From: Octopus vulgaris
Lineage: Eukaryota
Reading direction: 5' to 3'
DNA length: 64,000 bases
NCBI GenBank assembly: GCA_951406725.2
Contig: OX597817.1
Span: 130,138,001 to 130,202,000 of the forward strand
The translations under genes were made by a program, and so were the position numbers. The number at the start of each line of letters is the position of its first letter. Within the stretch, counting starts at the first letter, position 1. The notes under the pieces are model-generated. The model had not been told where the DNA came from. It ran no database searches and saw nothing but the letters and a program-made list of their open reading frames with translations. Below, one piece after another: positions 41,752-54,472 of this stretch.

Positions 41752-43411
41752 CAGTAAAGTTTTAACACCAGCTTCTTCAAAACAGTCACCTTGCGCAGCA
41801 ATACACCAGTCTCAGCGTTCCTGCCACTTTTGGAATCCGGCCTGGAGGTCGTTTTCCGTAAGCGAGTCGAGACCTTATGTGATTCACTCTTGATTTCGAC
41901 AACGGTGTTAAAGGGCAACCTTTGAGCTGCATTCTTATCTTGAGGAACAGATGGAAGTCCGCATATGCTAAATCTGGCGAATAGGGTGGGTGAGGAAGCG
42001 ATACCATATTGTTTTTGGTGAGAAACTCGCGAGTCAAAAGAGCTCGGTGACAGGGTGCATTGTCTTCGTGAAGAATACAGTTCTTCGCGCTCCACAAATC
42101 CAGTCGCTTTCGCCGAATGTTCTCTCTCAAACGCTTCCAAATGTCACAGTAGAACTCTCGATTGACGGCCTGGCCCTGAGGTACAATTTCTCAATGCACA
42201 ATACCACATTTCCGGGGATAACATTCGTGGCAGGTCTTCAAGATCGTTCATGCTACTCGAAATATTACGTACGACCCATTGCCTTGTCACCATAAGCTTG
42301 CCAAAGCATGTTCAAAGTTGATTTATTACCGCCTAGCTTTTATATCCTTTTTTGAAACAATTAAAAAAATAAGTTAGTAGGTATCTCAGGGTGGCGTAAA
42401 AATAAAGTTGAACACACCAAGGAAATAAACGACACGTGGAACAGGAAACAGTATAAGTAAAAAGAAAAAAAAGAAGGAACGAGAAAGTGTAGAGATAAGT
42501 CATTTACGATGAGAATAGTACAAAACAAAGGAAACCAAAGTATACGTATCCGACGCGGGAAAATGAAAATGTAAAGATATGGATGCTAGTTCGAAACGAA
42601 ATATAAGGTCAGAGCGGCAAATGAGGGTAAGCAAAACGATAGTTCACTACACGAATTGTAATGAAAGAGAAAAGGGATACGAGAATGGAATTAGGAAGAG
42701 AGTGGAATGCTGGGAAAGGAAATGGGCAGAAAAGAGATGGGGAGAGAAACAAAGGGTCGAAGGATTAGAAATAATGAAAGAGCGTGGGAGAAAAAATAAA
42801 GAGAAGAAAGTGGGAGAAAAAAGAAAAAGTAAAGAGGTCATAGCGAATTAGCAAAATCATGAGCTGTGGTGGGAAAACATGCTGCGTGCGTCGCAAGAAA
42901 ATAAGAAAAAAGGTACGAAAGGGGAACACAAATGTAGATGAAACAACGACGATTTTTTTTTTTTTTAATCAGCAATCTAAATTAAGTAATGGCCTTATAC
43001 AGCCTTAACGATAGGGGACAGAGACGAGACAAATAGATGAAATAAGGGGAAAAATTCAAATGAGTTAATAGGAGTTTAGTTAGATAAAGAGGGGATGCAC
43101 TTGATGACTTACTCAAATATACTCAATTAAGTGCAATAACCCTTTCAGTTGGAGATGAACAAGAAAAAATAAACGAAATTGCTAGTGATACTCAAAGAAA
43201 AAGGGAGATAATTTTCAGAAATTAAGAATTATATCCTGGATAGTATGTCCTCTCCCTCTCTCCCCGCTACCTCATGCTTAGGGTAAAATTTGACCTTTGT
43301 TAGCGAGTGATGAGAGGGAAGCTGCGAGCAAGCTCCGTCCTTATTGGATCACATCAACATAGCATAGTCTACCCAAGACTGTTTTGATTATGTATGAAAA
43401 GTTTATATCAG

Positions 43412-43715
43412 ACATGACTGTGGTAAGAAATTTGTCTTTCAACCACCTAGTTCCCGGTTCAGTCAGTCTTACTGGGTGGTACCTCGGGAAAGTGTCTTCT
43501 ACTATAGCACAGGGCCGTCCACAGCCTTGGGATTGGATTTGGTAGGCAGAAACTGAAAAGAAGCTTGTCGTATATCTATATGTGTGTATCGTCGCGTTTG
43601 TGTTCATCTCCAATCACCGCTTGACAAATAGTGCTGGTGTGTTTAAGTCCCCATAACTTAGAAGTTCGACAAAATAAATACTAGGCTTTAAAAATTAAGT
43701 AATCGGAGTCGATTT
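43412..43715 (+). mobile_element. Family C SINE, diverged
   Basis: tgtggtaagaaatttg...ccggttcagtc...aagtgtcttctactatagc...gatttggtaggcagaaactgaaa. Confidence 0.7.
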
Positions 43716-43979
43716 TTAAAGTCTTCTACTTAATTTTCTACTTAACGCATGATTTACTTAGTCATTTAACTATTAGTGTAAAATTTTAGCACAAGGCCAG
43801 CAATTTGGGGAGAGGGGGTTAAGTCAAGTACGTCTACCCTGGTGCTCAGCTGGTACTTATTTTATCGACCTCAAAACGATTAAATCAACATCGACCATAA
43901 GTCACCTAAATAATTCTTTCTATTATAGACTTTAAGTCATCTACTATAGACCTTAACTCATCTAAATAATTATTTCTAC

Positions 43980-44190
43980 TATAGAAACAAGTCCTGAAAT
44001 TTGTGGGATGGGGGCTAGTTGATTACACCGATCCCAGTGCTCAGCTGGTAGTTATTTTGCCTTTCGTCCCCGAAAGGACGAAAGGCAAAGTCAACATCGG
44101 CGGAATTTGAACTCAGAACGTAAAGACAGACGAAATGCCGCTAAGCATTTTGCTTGGTGAGCTAACAACGATTCTTCCGGTTCGCCGCTG
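43980..44190 (-). mobile_element. Family N SINE (a partial copy also lies at ~43785-43900)
   Basis: gaaaggcaaagtcaacatcggcggaatttgaactcagaacgtaaagacagacgaaatgccgctaagc. Confidence 0.75.
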
Positions 44191-44477
44191 TAAGTCATTT
44201 AAATAATAGTATTACGTAATATTACTATTGAGCGCGTATCAGTAGCAAACAGCATAAGTAACTAGATTGCCATGAACATTGTAGGGAACAGATTCGGTTC
44301 TTCACATGAAATAAATTTTCAAAAGAAATTCAATAATGTTCTATTAAATTAAATATGCCCACGATTCAGGATGATATAGACTGACTTTACAGCCAGAGAA
44401 ACGCCGTGTAATCCTGCTTGTATGCATGTCTGTATGTGATATGTGTGTATCTCTCTGCTTTATATATATATATATAT

Positions 44478-44954
44478 ATATTGTTGTATTTCGGGATGGC
44501 CACTTATTTTATTTTTTGCCAAACACGCGCACTATATATTCGTTCTTCACTCGTTTGTTGCTGTTCCTATTCTAACTCATCTCCATTGTCCATTGTCCGG
44601 GAATCTTTCATTACAAATCTGTGACCTCTTCCACGACACTTTCCATCTTCGTGTGTGCGCTTGCTTCGCTTGTTCCATTTTGTTCTTCTATTCCATTCTC
44701 TTTTTCATTTCTTTTATTCCGTTCTCTTCTTCTTCATAAAAGCACAGAATGGAATAAGTGGAGCAGAAGCAAACACGAAGACGGAAAATATCGCTGAAGA
44801 AGCCACAGATGTGTGATGAAAGATTTCCAGACGATGAGTTACAATAAGAACAATAATAAACGAGTGAACAACGAATATATAGTGCGTGTGTTTATTTGAC
44901 AAAAAAAAAAAAGAATAATAATAATAAAATGACCGTCCCGAAATACATCAATAT
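44478..44954. repeat. Diverged long inverted repeat (~200-bp arms) between (TA)n tracts
   Basis: tgtatttcgggatggcca...aaacacgcgcactatatattcgttcttcactcgttt pairs with aaacgagtgaacaacgaatatatagtgcgtgtgttt...tgaccgtcccgaaataca. Confidence 0.75.
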
Positions 44955-44985
44955 CTGTTTCACATCAGGTAGCTTGCAACACAAA

Positions 44986-45055
<70 letters not shown>

Positions 45056-45284
45056 CATACATCTTCATACATATATATATATTAAATATATATACTAAAT
45101 AATATATAATGAATATATACACACATGTATATATATATGTGTGTGTGTGTGTGTGAATTATATATATATATAATGGATGTGTGTGTGTGTTGTCTCGGTG
45201 TTATATATTTCCGTATGCACGAAGAAGATTGGAGATGCTGCGCACGCGTGTACACACACTCATACACTCACACACACACACACA

Positions 45285-45318
<34 letters not shown>

Positions 45319-45418
45319 TACTCATACGCATAAACGCCCCCACTAAATGTTTAAGTACATATACACACAAATTTACCCACACATGTGTACAGAGCACACA
45401 TATCACACACACATGCAC

Positions 45419-45465
<47 letters not shown>

Positions 45466-46141
45466 CACAAACAGACACCACACCTCACACAGACATGTGT
45501 ATTGTAAAATGATAACTCTACCACCACCATCGCCACCACAATCACCACCACGAAGAGTATTACATTTACTACTATGAATAGTATAATCAGTGTAATTACC
45601 ATCAACGACTCCACCAACACCCAAACATTACTGCACTCACTACCAATATCTCCAGTGCTTCATACGCCCATACTTAATCATAATTTTAAAGAAAGATGCT
45701 GTTTAGCCCTTGGCATGTAGAGGAACATTACTTAACCCTAATTATAGATATCAACACAGGCTACTTAACCTAAAGCATGGTCAACGATATTAGCAACTTG
45801 ATTCTAGACATATGGTGCACGCAGGCCTCTTAATCCTAGGCACGATTAGCCAATAACCTCTGCCATCGTCAATAGAAGCAATAACAATGAGGGATATGTA
45901 TTGCCGCCAGCAATATCACAGAGTTCTAGACTGATGAAGTAATTTGCTATAAAAGGAAAAGTGTAATATATGTTAGGAGTATTGAGATATGCTTGATTGT
46001 TTGGTTAAGAAATACGTGTCTCCTGGTTCGAACTCACTGCACGTCACTTTGGCCAAGAGTCTTCCAACATAGTCTCTATTTGAGCAATGCCTCCAATGAG
46101 TGAAATTCGACATACAGAAACTATGCGAAAGCCCAACGGAG

Positions 46142-46180
<39 letters not shown>

Positions 46181-46182
<2 letters not shown>

Positions 46183-46305
46183 GGGTCATCCCATAAATAA
46201 TACGGGCTTTTTCAATTGCATGAACTAAAAGTCAGAGGGGGACGGGATAAACTACCTGCATCAACTTCCTATAAAAGCAGGTAGTAATTTTACCTGTAAT
46301 TTTAT
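46181..46305 (+). mobile_element. Probable Tc1/mariner terminal fragment
   Basis: ttgggtcatcccataaataa resembles a mariner TIR start. There is an internal hairpin actacctgc/gcaggtagt. Confidence 0.4.
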
Positions 46306-46429
46306 ATGTAGACGAGATCAGAACAGTACTAGAGGAGTATTTTCCGTCACAGACAATTGAATTTTGGAAGAGGGTCCTTGCAAGTCTACCAGAGAAATAG
46401 GGGAGCATTGTAGAAAATGAAGGAGGGTA

Positions 46430-47040
46430 TATTTTACGTGACACCTTCAAAGCCCTCCGCTTCTTGCCCCAAGAGTCGCGGCAGCCTGGCAAGGAAGTCC
46501 GTTAGGCACCCCCTGCTCTCCAGTCCACCGCTCCTCCCGAAAAACTGAGCGAAACGCTCCTGAAAGGTCTCGCAGATCTCCTCGGGATCTTATTGTGGAA
46601 TTATTGCCACGTTGAGCTTCTATTACTCGGGCTCATCCAACGGCCCTGATTCCCTCACGTCCCATTGCACGGGGTCTAGCTCTGACAATGCGTCCCATAT
46701 GTTTGGCTTCGAGGTGCTGGTTTAATTCCAGTCTCTTCGCCAACACCAGGGATGCAGAGCCAATCCTCATTGCCTCTTCGTGCCTTAACTAGAGCGTTCT
46801 CTTTTCTAGTCTCCTTAGCCACTAGTCCTATACTATATCTAATAGACTCGAATTTTATGGCTCGTTTGAGGGCATATCACCATTTATTATTCTTAATGGT
46901 ACGCTCTGCACTAACAACTTAATCCGGCTCCTGTACTTGTCATCCGCTAAAAGGAACGTATTGAGTTTCCAGTAGTTTCCTTGCCTATGTAACCTATCTG
47001 TGTCGTGCTTACAGGTCACAATCTTGAATGCTGCTTGTAT
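46430..47040 (-). mobile_element. L1/Tx1-clade LINE fragment (end of APE domain and linker)
   Basis: Minus strand GNYWKLNTFLLADDKYR, W.YALKRAIKFESIRYS, GRIVRAR and FLARLPRL. Confidence 0.7.
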
Positions 47041-47889
47041 TTCTCTTCACTGTAGAATCTCACCTCAATGGCAGTAAACTGTGTTATATAATTTATGTCC
47101 GTGTTATATAATTTATGTTATATAATTTATGTCAGACCAAAATGGTCTATGACACTTTTTCATCGCCTCTCTCGTAGCCAAATCATGTCTCTTATTTTTT
47201 ACGATAAAAGTTTTCTAGATGACTGTTGTTCTATTCGTTTGGTCAAAGATTACGCTTGGAGAGGCTATTTGAACTTCAAGCCTCTCCTTTTTTAGGATTC
47301 TTTTAAACTTCATTATTTCATTTAAATTGGTATTAAGATTTCTTTTGGTTATTCCTGCTGTTGCAGCAAAATTAATTTTTGGTGCAGCTGCACCGGAGAC
47401 GTTACTAAAGCTGGTATATCCACTGCTTCCTTATTTCCAGACTCAACAGAGTCGCACATTTTTCAAAGGATTTGGGCTGACGCCCCACAAAAATGAAAGT
47501 AATGATCAAAATGCCCCACAAAATTACGGCTACACACCGCGTAAATTTGGGCTAACACCCCACAGAAAAACAATGATTCCCCCTTCAAACAAGGGGGAAT
47601 TATAACAAAAGAACTGCCACAAGAAGTTGCAACAGTTTTTTCAACAACACAAAACGTAACAAGTTCAATAACAGGTTCAATAATACACTCACCAAACAGC
47701 AAAAATTACAACCGAACTCCAGAATGAGCGGAATTTCGGAGCATCTTGTTCAGGTGGATTATATAATAAGAGCTAAAGTTATATGTTTAAATAGATTATG
47801 AAGCTATAGATAATAGTGTTTTAAGATGAATCCAAATACATAGAGTAACTAGGTTAAAATCATATAAACTAATTATTAGTTTTCTTTTT

Positions 47890-48975
47890 TTTTTATGGGG
47901 AAAAAATTTAAAAGTTGGCAAATATTTATTTCTACAAAGAATAATGACAGCTGAGATCTTGTTAATTAATTTTTTTTTGTCAGCACGGAGTATATAGATC
48001 GCTTCTTTTGTGCATAATTTAAAGTTTCTGATGTGTGTATTGTATGGTATGATTTCCGTTATAATAGACCAATCTAGACTGAATTCTTTATTGCGCATTT
48101 TTAATTTATTAATGTGGGTAGCTAGTGCAGTTGAATTTTTATTTCTTGATTAATAAAGGAATTTGTCTATATCTAGTCTTAATACCTTGACTATATCTAG
48201 TCTTAAAATTAGTCGTGCTTCCTATATATATCTTTTTTGATTCACTAAGGATTGAAACCTCAACTTTATATATGACATTTCTCCTTAAACAGAATCCCTT
48301 TAAGGGACATAACTCTCGGTTACGGATATTACATGTTTTATTTCCATGCTTCACCTTTATATTTTTAATATCAGGATTCTAATTATTGTTCATATTAAGG
48401 TCAGCTATATTGCTATCTCTATCAATACTATTATTTCTATGTTTAAATCTATTATTGGCCGCAATTATAGATCCTAGATTGGGCGTGGTTGAGTGCGATA
48501 ATTTAAGACAGGATCTATTAAAATGGGATGATATTTATGACCTAATGGGAAATTACTGTCAATAATCATAAAAAATGATTTAGGGAGGTTTCTGACTTGG
48601 AGGGAAAAAGGAAGTGTAAACCAGATAATTACCCGTTTCCTCACCGAGTTGTTCCTACTCTGCCCAGTATATTTATTATTATTATATTTAAATTAATTAG
48701 TGTCTTCTATTAATGTGTTGATTATGATGCTCAGTGGGGTTGTTCACGGGAGGGATGCCAATGTTTAATTTCGCAAGAAACTGAATCCACTGCCCTTCAA
48801 TACTGTATTAAAAAGGATGCAATGTTATAAAAAATCTTTTCGTTAGCAGATAAGTTAGAGATTCTGATCGATACTCCTTTGGCTACTCCATTAATAACAC
48901 TTTGGGGATGATTTGATAAGGCGTGGATAAACTTAATGGCTTTATTAAGCTTATGGTAAGGATAAAACAAGCCAT
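47890..48975 (-). mobile_element. Penelope-like (Naiad-like) element 3' remnant
   Basis: FIHALSNHPQSVINGVAKGVSIRISNLS, IIWFTLPFS, CNIRNRELCPLKGFCLRRNVIYKVEV...IYIGSTTNFKTRY and KLCTKEAIYI. Confidence 0.85.
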
Positions 48976-48981
48976 TATCTA

Positions 48982-49075
<94 letters not shown>

Positions 49076-49297
49076 TATATATATATATATAGTTCAAGTT
49101 TACAGAAAACAAAAGACGAAGACAGAAGAAGGAAGAAAAAGCGTGTGTACCAGTTAAACGCTCGGGAAGAATGGAAAAGTCTTTGACATTTCGAGCCTGC
49201 GCTGAACAGAGGACTGAGAGGAAAAAATAGAGAGATCGAAAGAAAAGAACGGAAAGAGAAAATATATATAGAAATTAACGGTCCAACATGATGATGA

Positions 49298-49349
<52 letters not shown>

Positions 49350-49590
49350 TCATATCGAACGGAAATGGAAATTAATAGAAATTTTCACTTCCAGTGGCCT
49401 AGCATGTATAAATTTAGTCCGAAGACTATGTATTACTCATAAAATACAGTGTATATTTAAACACATAATAGGAATCCACTCATGGGATTCACCACGCTAG
49501 AAATAACAGCTAGGTTCTAAAACCACAAAATTAGGGATAAAATCCCGAAAGGAACGAAATGAAAAATAAAAACTTTTACCATCTATTTTT

Positions 49591-49660
49591 CTGGACCAGT
49601 TGGTTTCTGATTTGTATTTAGCAAATAAGATAATTTACTAGGTGAAATCGTCATCAACAG
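49591..49660 (-). ncRNA. Hammerhead motif, C3U variant
   Basis: Minus strand ctg-TTGATGA-cgattt(loop)aaatca-GAAA-cca ac tgg-TC^cag. Confidence 0.55.
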
Positions 49661-49794
49661 GTACACCTCAGATGAAATATATAAACACGAGGCAATCAAT
49701 TATATGCCTCTTTTTTATACATCCTAATTTTTTTCAAATCTACTTCGCAGGCGCAGCTCCTCGTGGGCAATAAAAAATTCGAAAATTTTCCACA

Positions 49795-50451
49795 ATCAAT
49801 ATTGGGATACACAATCTTATGCTTGATCTTCACAGTAAACCCACATACATTAACGTTGCAGAAATAACAGTCCATGAAATGATCCTTTGGCTCTCTCCAT
49901 ATCATAGGTATTGCAAACGGTATTGCTCTCTTCCTCTTATTTAGCCAATCCCTTAGTCCATTTGAACAAGCTGAGCAGATGATGTGCGGGGCCCAACTCT
50001 TATCTTGATCCCCGAGAGAGCAGCCAAAGTATAACTGGTAGATCTTGATTTCACTTGTGATGGCACGTTGCTGAGCTTTGGTGGTAAATGAACCACAGAC
50101 ATGACAAAATATATCAAGACTGTTCTTGCAATACCTTGACATCCTGAGTAGAATTTTATGATGATGATGACTTGGCACCTTAAACAGAAAGTAAAATTTA
50201 TGGAAAGAAAAGATTATGAAAACATAAAATTACAAAATGAATACAAATAGTTATAAAACAGAAGTCAGAATTTACCTGTATAAGATGTTTACATGTAGCG
50301 ATATTGCTGATGGGAGTTATATACCACTCTTATCTCATCAGAAAAACTGTGCCTGATAGAAGGAAACCGATTACATTTTTGAAATCTGCGGACAAAACAA
50401 CATATAAGACACCATATAATATCCCTGATGAAAATTGGCTGTTGACCAGTG
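49795..50451 (-). mobile_element. Chapaev3-like (CMC) DNA transposon 5' fragment
   Basis: CKNSLDIFCHVCG...YFGCSLGDQDKSWAPHIICSAC...WL...FAIPMIWREPKDH..DCYFC. The terminus begins CAC (cactggtcaacagcc). Confidence 0.75.
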
Positions 50452-50724
50452 GTACTGGAGTTTTAATATATGGTCATATATTATAAGAAGTGTTGCTTCT
50501 GATAAGACCCTATGAAGGAAGTGCCTGGGGAAGAAGATAGAAGGACGGATGAATGTTTGAATGTTTTTGGCAGGAGTAAAACTATCAGATGCCCGAATTA
50601 GCGTTTAAGAAACTTTATTTTAATCAAAACCTTGTTCAGACCAAATTCCCTAATTAGAAATATTTTTTTGCGTAAGGTCGCTTTACTTCCCTCTGATACC
50701 ATGATTTCCCAACGTTGTGGAATA

Positions 50725-50985
50725 TCACGTGATCACCCAGACTATCAGATGCTGTTACACATCACTGATCACAATGTACTTTGCATCGTTTTAGCCTTCA
50801 AATGACGCCACATTGCTGGCTACAGGAGCAGACCAACATCCCACTCGCCTGATCAGAAGGAAAACTTGAGCAACGGAAAATGAAGTGTTTTGCTAAAGAA
50901 CACAATTCTCTACTCAGTCTGGAAATCGAAACTAACGATCTAGCGATCGTGAGGGCAACATCCTAACCACTAGGCCACGTGCCTT
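50725..50985 (-). mobile_element. tRNA-SINE variant: A-like head, CORE-like middle, tail X
   Basis: Minus strand ggcacgtggcctagtggttagg...gtttcgatttcc...tgtgttctttagcaaaacacttc...agccagcaatgtggcgtcatttgaaggctaaa. Confidence 0.65.
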
Positions 50986-52794
50986 TACTTTATGGAACAC
51001 GCCATACATAAATAATAAAATTACGAATATAGAGGTAAACACAAATATTACCCAAAATGCATTTTATTCCCATTCACCTTCGTCTATTCATCACTATTTC
51101 TCATAGAACTTTAAGCAATCTCTCGTGGAATAATTGGGCTCCACGTAGTTCCGATTGGGGAACGCTGTCTTAAATTCTAACTACAGAAATACAAATCTGA
51201 GTTACTAACCCCATACTACAAAAATACTAACCTATTACTCCTAACTCCAAATAACAGAAACACTAACCTTAACCTTACCAGAAACTCTTAACCGCTAACC
51301 AATTATACCCGACCTAAACCTGATCATAGAATTAACACTGACGCTCAGTGAGAATCCGAAGAACCACTCCCTACAAATAACCCTAACTATGACTCTTACA
51401 CTAACCCCAAACGTAAGTCGAAACCCTAATATGCTTACTCAGACAAGCTATTTAGTATTCTCATATGACATATTTTAATTCAAACCTTGTAATATACAGT
51501 ATCAAAATTAAGAGCCCGGATGTCAATGTATATAATCTTTTCGTTTCTGAAGTTTGTCAAATTGGTTTTCCACACATTTTTGTTGAGTCAGACGATAGTT
51601 TTTAATATAGTAATGCCACCAGATGGCAGCTATGTATAGAAAAGCTGTAGGTTTCCGACATACATTTTAAACACATTGTGACATCATTGACATCAGTGAC
51701 CTTTGAAGAGGTCACCGTCACCTGACTTTTGCAGAGATGTCTGTGATTCTGCTTGTTTGCGTATATGTATATAAATGTGTTTGTGTTTGTGTACATATAT
51801 ACACATTTGTAACGTGTGCATGAATATGTATGTTTGTGTGTGCATGTACCTATATATTTATACATCCATATATACATGTTATGTGTGCACGTATATGCAT
51901 ATATGTATGTATGTATGTGTGTGTATATATATATATGCATACATGCGCTTACGTACATACATATACACATAAATACATACGCACATGCGCGCACACACAC
52001 ATCTAATATTTCGTTTAAAAGTTAATAGCCCTTTGACATATTCTCTCGTATTTACTGTTGTAGAAAAAGAGGTTGGTTAATGAGCGACAAATTATCTATT
52101 GTGTATACGTTTTCTTCGCATTGTTATTATCATCATTACCATTATCATTGTAGCTGTTGATCTTCTTGTTGTTGTCGTTGTGGTTGCTGTTCCTGTCATA
52201 GTGTTTCCAAATTTGTCCCACTTACTTGTTGACTGTCATGACGACAAACAGTAATATGATTTCTAGCTTTGGCCCAATGTCAAAAATCCTGAAATGAGGT
52301 GCTTTAGTCAACCAGTTTCACCACCCAAATAAGAACTGGCCTGGTTTTCATTTTATCAGCCTCGGGTGAATAAAAGGCAAATTCGACAGTGATGAGATTT
52401 GAACACAGGACGAAAAGAAATGGAGGTACATAAACATTAGCAACATACTCTGCTGACTATCTGATATCCATTGCACCGAAGAAAAGAAGAAAGAAAATGT
52501 AAAAAAAGTTTATTGAGCGAAGTACCTTTTGAAAAGTCAACCAACAAGACACATTTACACCGAAGGAAGGACTACAACCAGTTGTCAGGACTCACATCCA
52601 CGAAGGACCGATGCAAGATGAGTCGAAACGATCGTTGTGATTAATAAAGAATCTCGTGAATTCTGAAGTAAATGCAGTGGTACTTATATCATTGCTGATG
52701 ATGACATCCGGTAGCCGCAGACAGTAAACGTGCTTTAATCGGCATACTACCAGGTGTAAACCCAAGTCTAAAATATATTTTAAAAATGTATATG

Positions 52795-53062
52795 GAAATG
52801 AAAAATGCTTTTTTGACCGGTCGGTTTCATTTAACTGGTTGCAGCTAACATCTCAAATTTTAGCACAGGCCATCAATGTTAGAGGATGAAGTTTAGTCAA
52901 TGACATCGACCTCTGTAGTTAACTCGTACCTTATTTTTCCCGAAAGTATGAGAGACAAAGTTGACCTCGGTGAGATTTGAGCTCAGAACATAAAGAGCCG
53001 AAAGAAATACCGCTAAGCATTTATGTCCAACGCGCTAACGATTATTGCCAGCTCACCGCCTT
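52795..53062 (-). mobile_element. Family N SINE
   Basis: acaaagttgacctcggtgagatttgagctcagaac...ccgctaagcattt...gccagctcaccgcc. Confidence 0.75.
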
Positions 53063-53818
53063 AGGTTGCACCTTGTGTCATAAGTCTGTTAGTGGCGTCA
53101 TTATTTTTGTTACAAATGCATCGTGCACCCGATCTTACAACGGTATCAATATTATTTTATGTTACAAATGTGTCACAGACTACACTTTTACCGCTAGTAA
53201 CATTTTCATGTTGCAATTGCATCATGGACTGTTCTTCATATCATGGTGTATATGCGGGTGTGCGCGTGCATGTGCGTGTGCGTGCGTGTTTACGTTAAAC
53301 TAGGTCAAGATGTCCACTGCTGATGAAGCTATAGATCTTGTTTACTTGAACGGTTTTACGTTCATCTCCCCTATTGATATGTTTGACTTTTAGCTGATAC
53401 CGTTTGCAGATACCTATGCAATATAGCTGATAACTTCCCGTTTTTGGTAAAGCTTACTGTATAACATTAACATCCTCATAAAAAGCCTTAAGAAACGACC
53501 AGATGATGACGCCACTGCTACTCATGCAAATAAATGTGTTCTTTATTGTTTCATTTACATCTCTTCGAGATTCAGCCATTAAATTTGCATTGCTTAGTCT
53601 TCGAGCAATTTTTGTAGCAATGTCTTTATTAACGCACAGTCACTTGTCGTCACTTCCTGTTGTTTACCCTTCGATAATTCTTTGCAACACTCTCTTCCTT
53701 AGCGTGTACAAGATGCTTTCGTACGCATTGGGATTCTTTAAAAGTCATCTCTTCGCCGTGTACTAAAAAGATATATAATATTATATACGAATATACATTC
53801 CTTCCATTAAACATTAAT

Positions 53819-53867
<49 letters not shown>

Positions 53868-54022
53868 CGACGAGCTTCTTTCAGTTTCCATCTACCAAAT
53901 CCATCTACAAGAGTTTGGTTGGCCCGAGACTATAGTAGAAGTCACTTGCCCAAGGTGCTACACAGTGGGGCTAAACCCGGAATCATGTGCTTGAGAAGCA
54001 AGCTACTTACCACATAGCCACC
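53868..54022 (-). mobile_element. Family C SINE, 5' half
   Basis: cttctttcagtttccatctaccaaatcc...ctatagtagaagtcacttgcccaaggtgc...cttaccacatagccac. Confidence 0.75.
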
Positions 54023-54472
54023 GTGGTCATCAATTCTTCTTTCAGTTATGTTGAACTACATTATAGTGTCTTTTCCTTAATAAGACGATAGGGCAGTGAT
54101 TTGAATAAGATTTGAGCGCTGTTTCTTGGAGGTCAATCGACTGCGTAGAGACTCCTTTGGCGGAGGCTTTTGTTGTTTAGACCAAAGTCACATCTGAGCA
54201 TACCTACGATCAGAGACGTTCCAGTATTGACCATCCCATCTTTTTTCAGCCATAGCGGATCTAGGACTGCATTACCTATTGCATCTTCCCTTTTGTAAAA
54301 TGAACATTAAGTTACAATTTGAAGAAAATGCCAGTTATCTCTCGTAGGCCGAGCGACTACGTAGAAACTGTCTTGTTGTTATTGTCGTTGTGTAGCCCTA
54401 AGTAAGCCATATTCGAGTAGATCTATGATCATAAGCATCCCAGTCGTAGCTATCTCGCTTTTTTATTCCTAG

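Larger units (their letters stand above)
41434..42310 (-). mobile_element. mariner transposon remnant interrupted by the 5S-SINE insertion
   Basis: ILHEDNAPCH, HPPYSPDLAYADFHLF and FQKWQER..WCIAAQGDCFE. A TIR-like tatgaggtggtatcaaaggttcc lies at 41434. Confidence 0.85.

Noticed and set aside
47720-47760. Hammerhead expected downstream of the minus-strand PLE remnant
   Set aside because: ctgaacaagatgctccgaaa lacks a valid core and paired stems.
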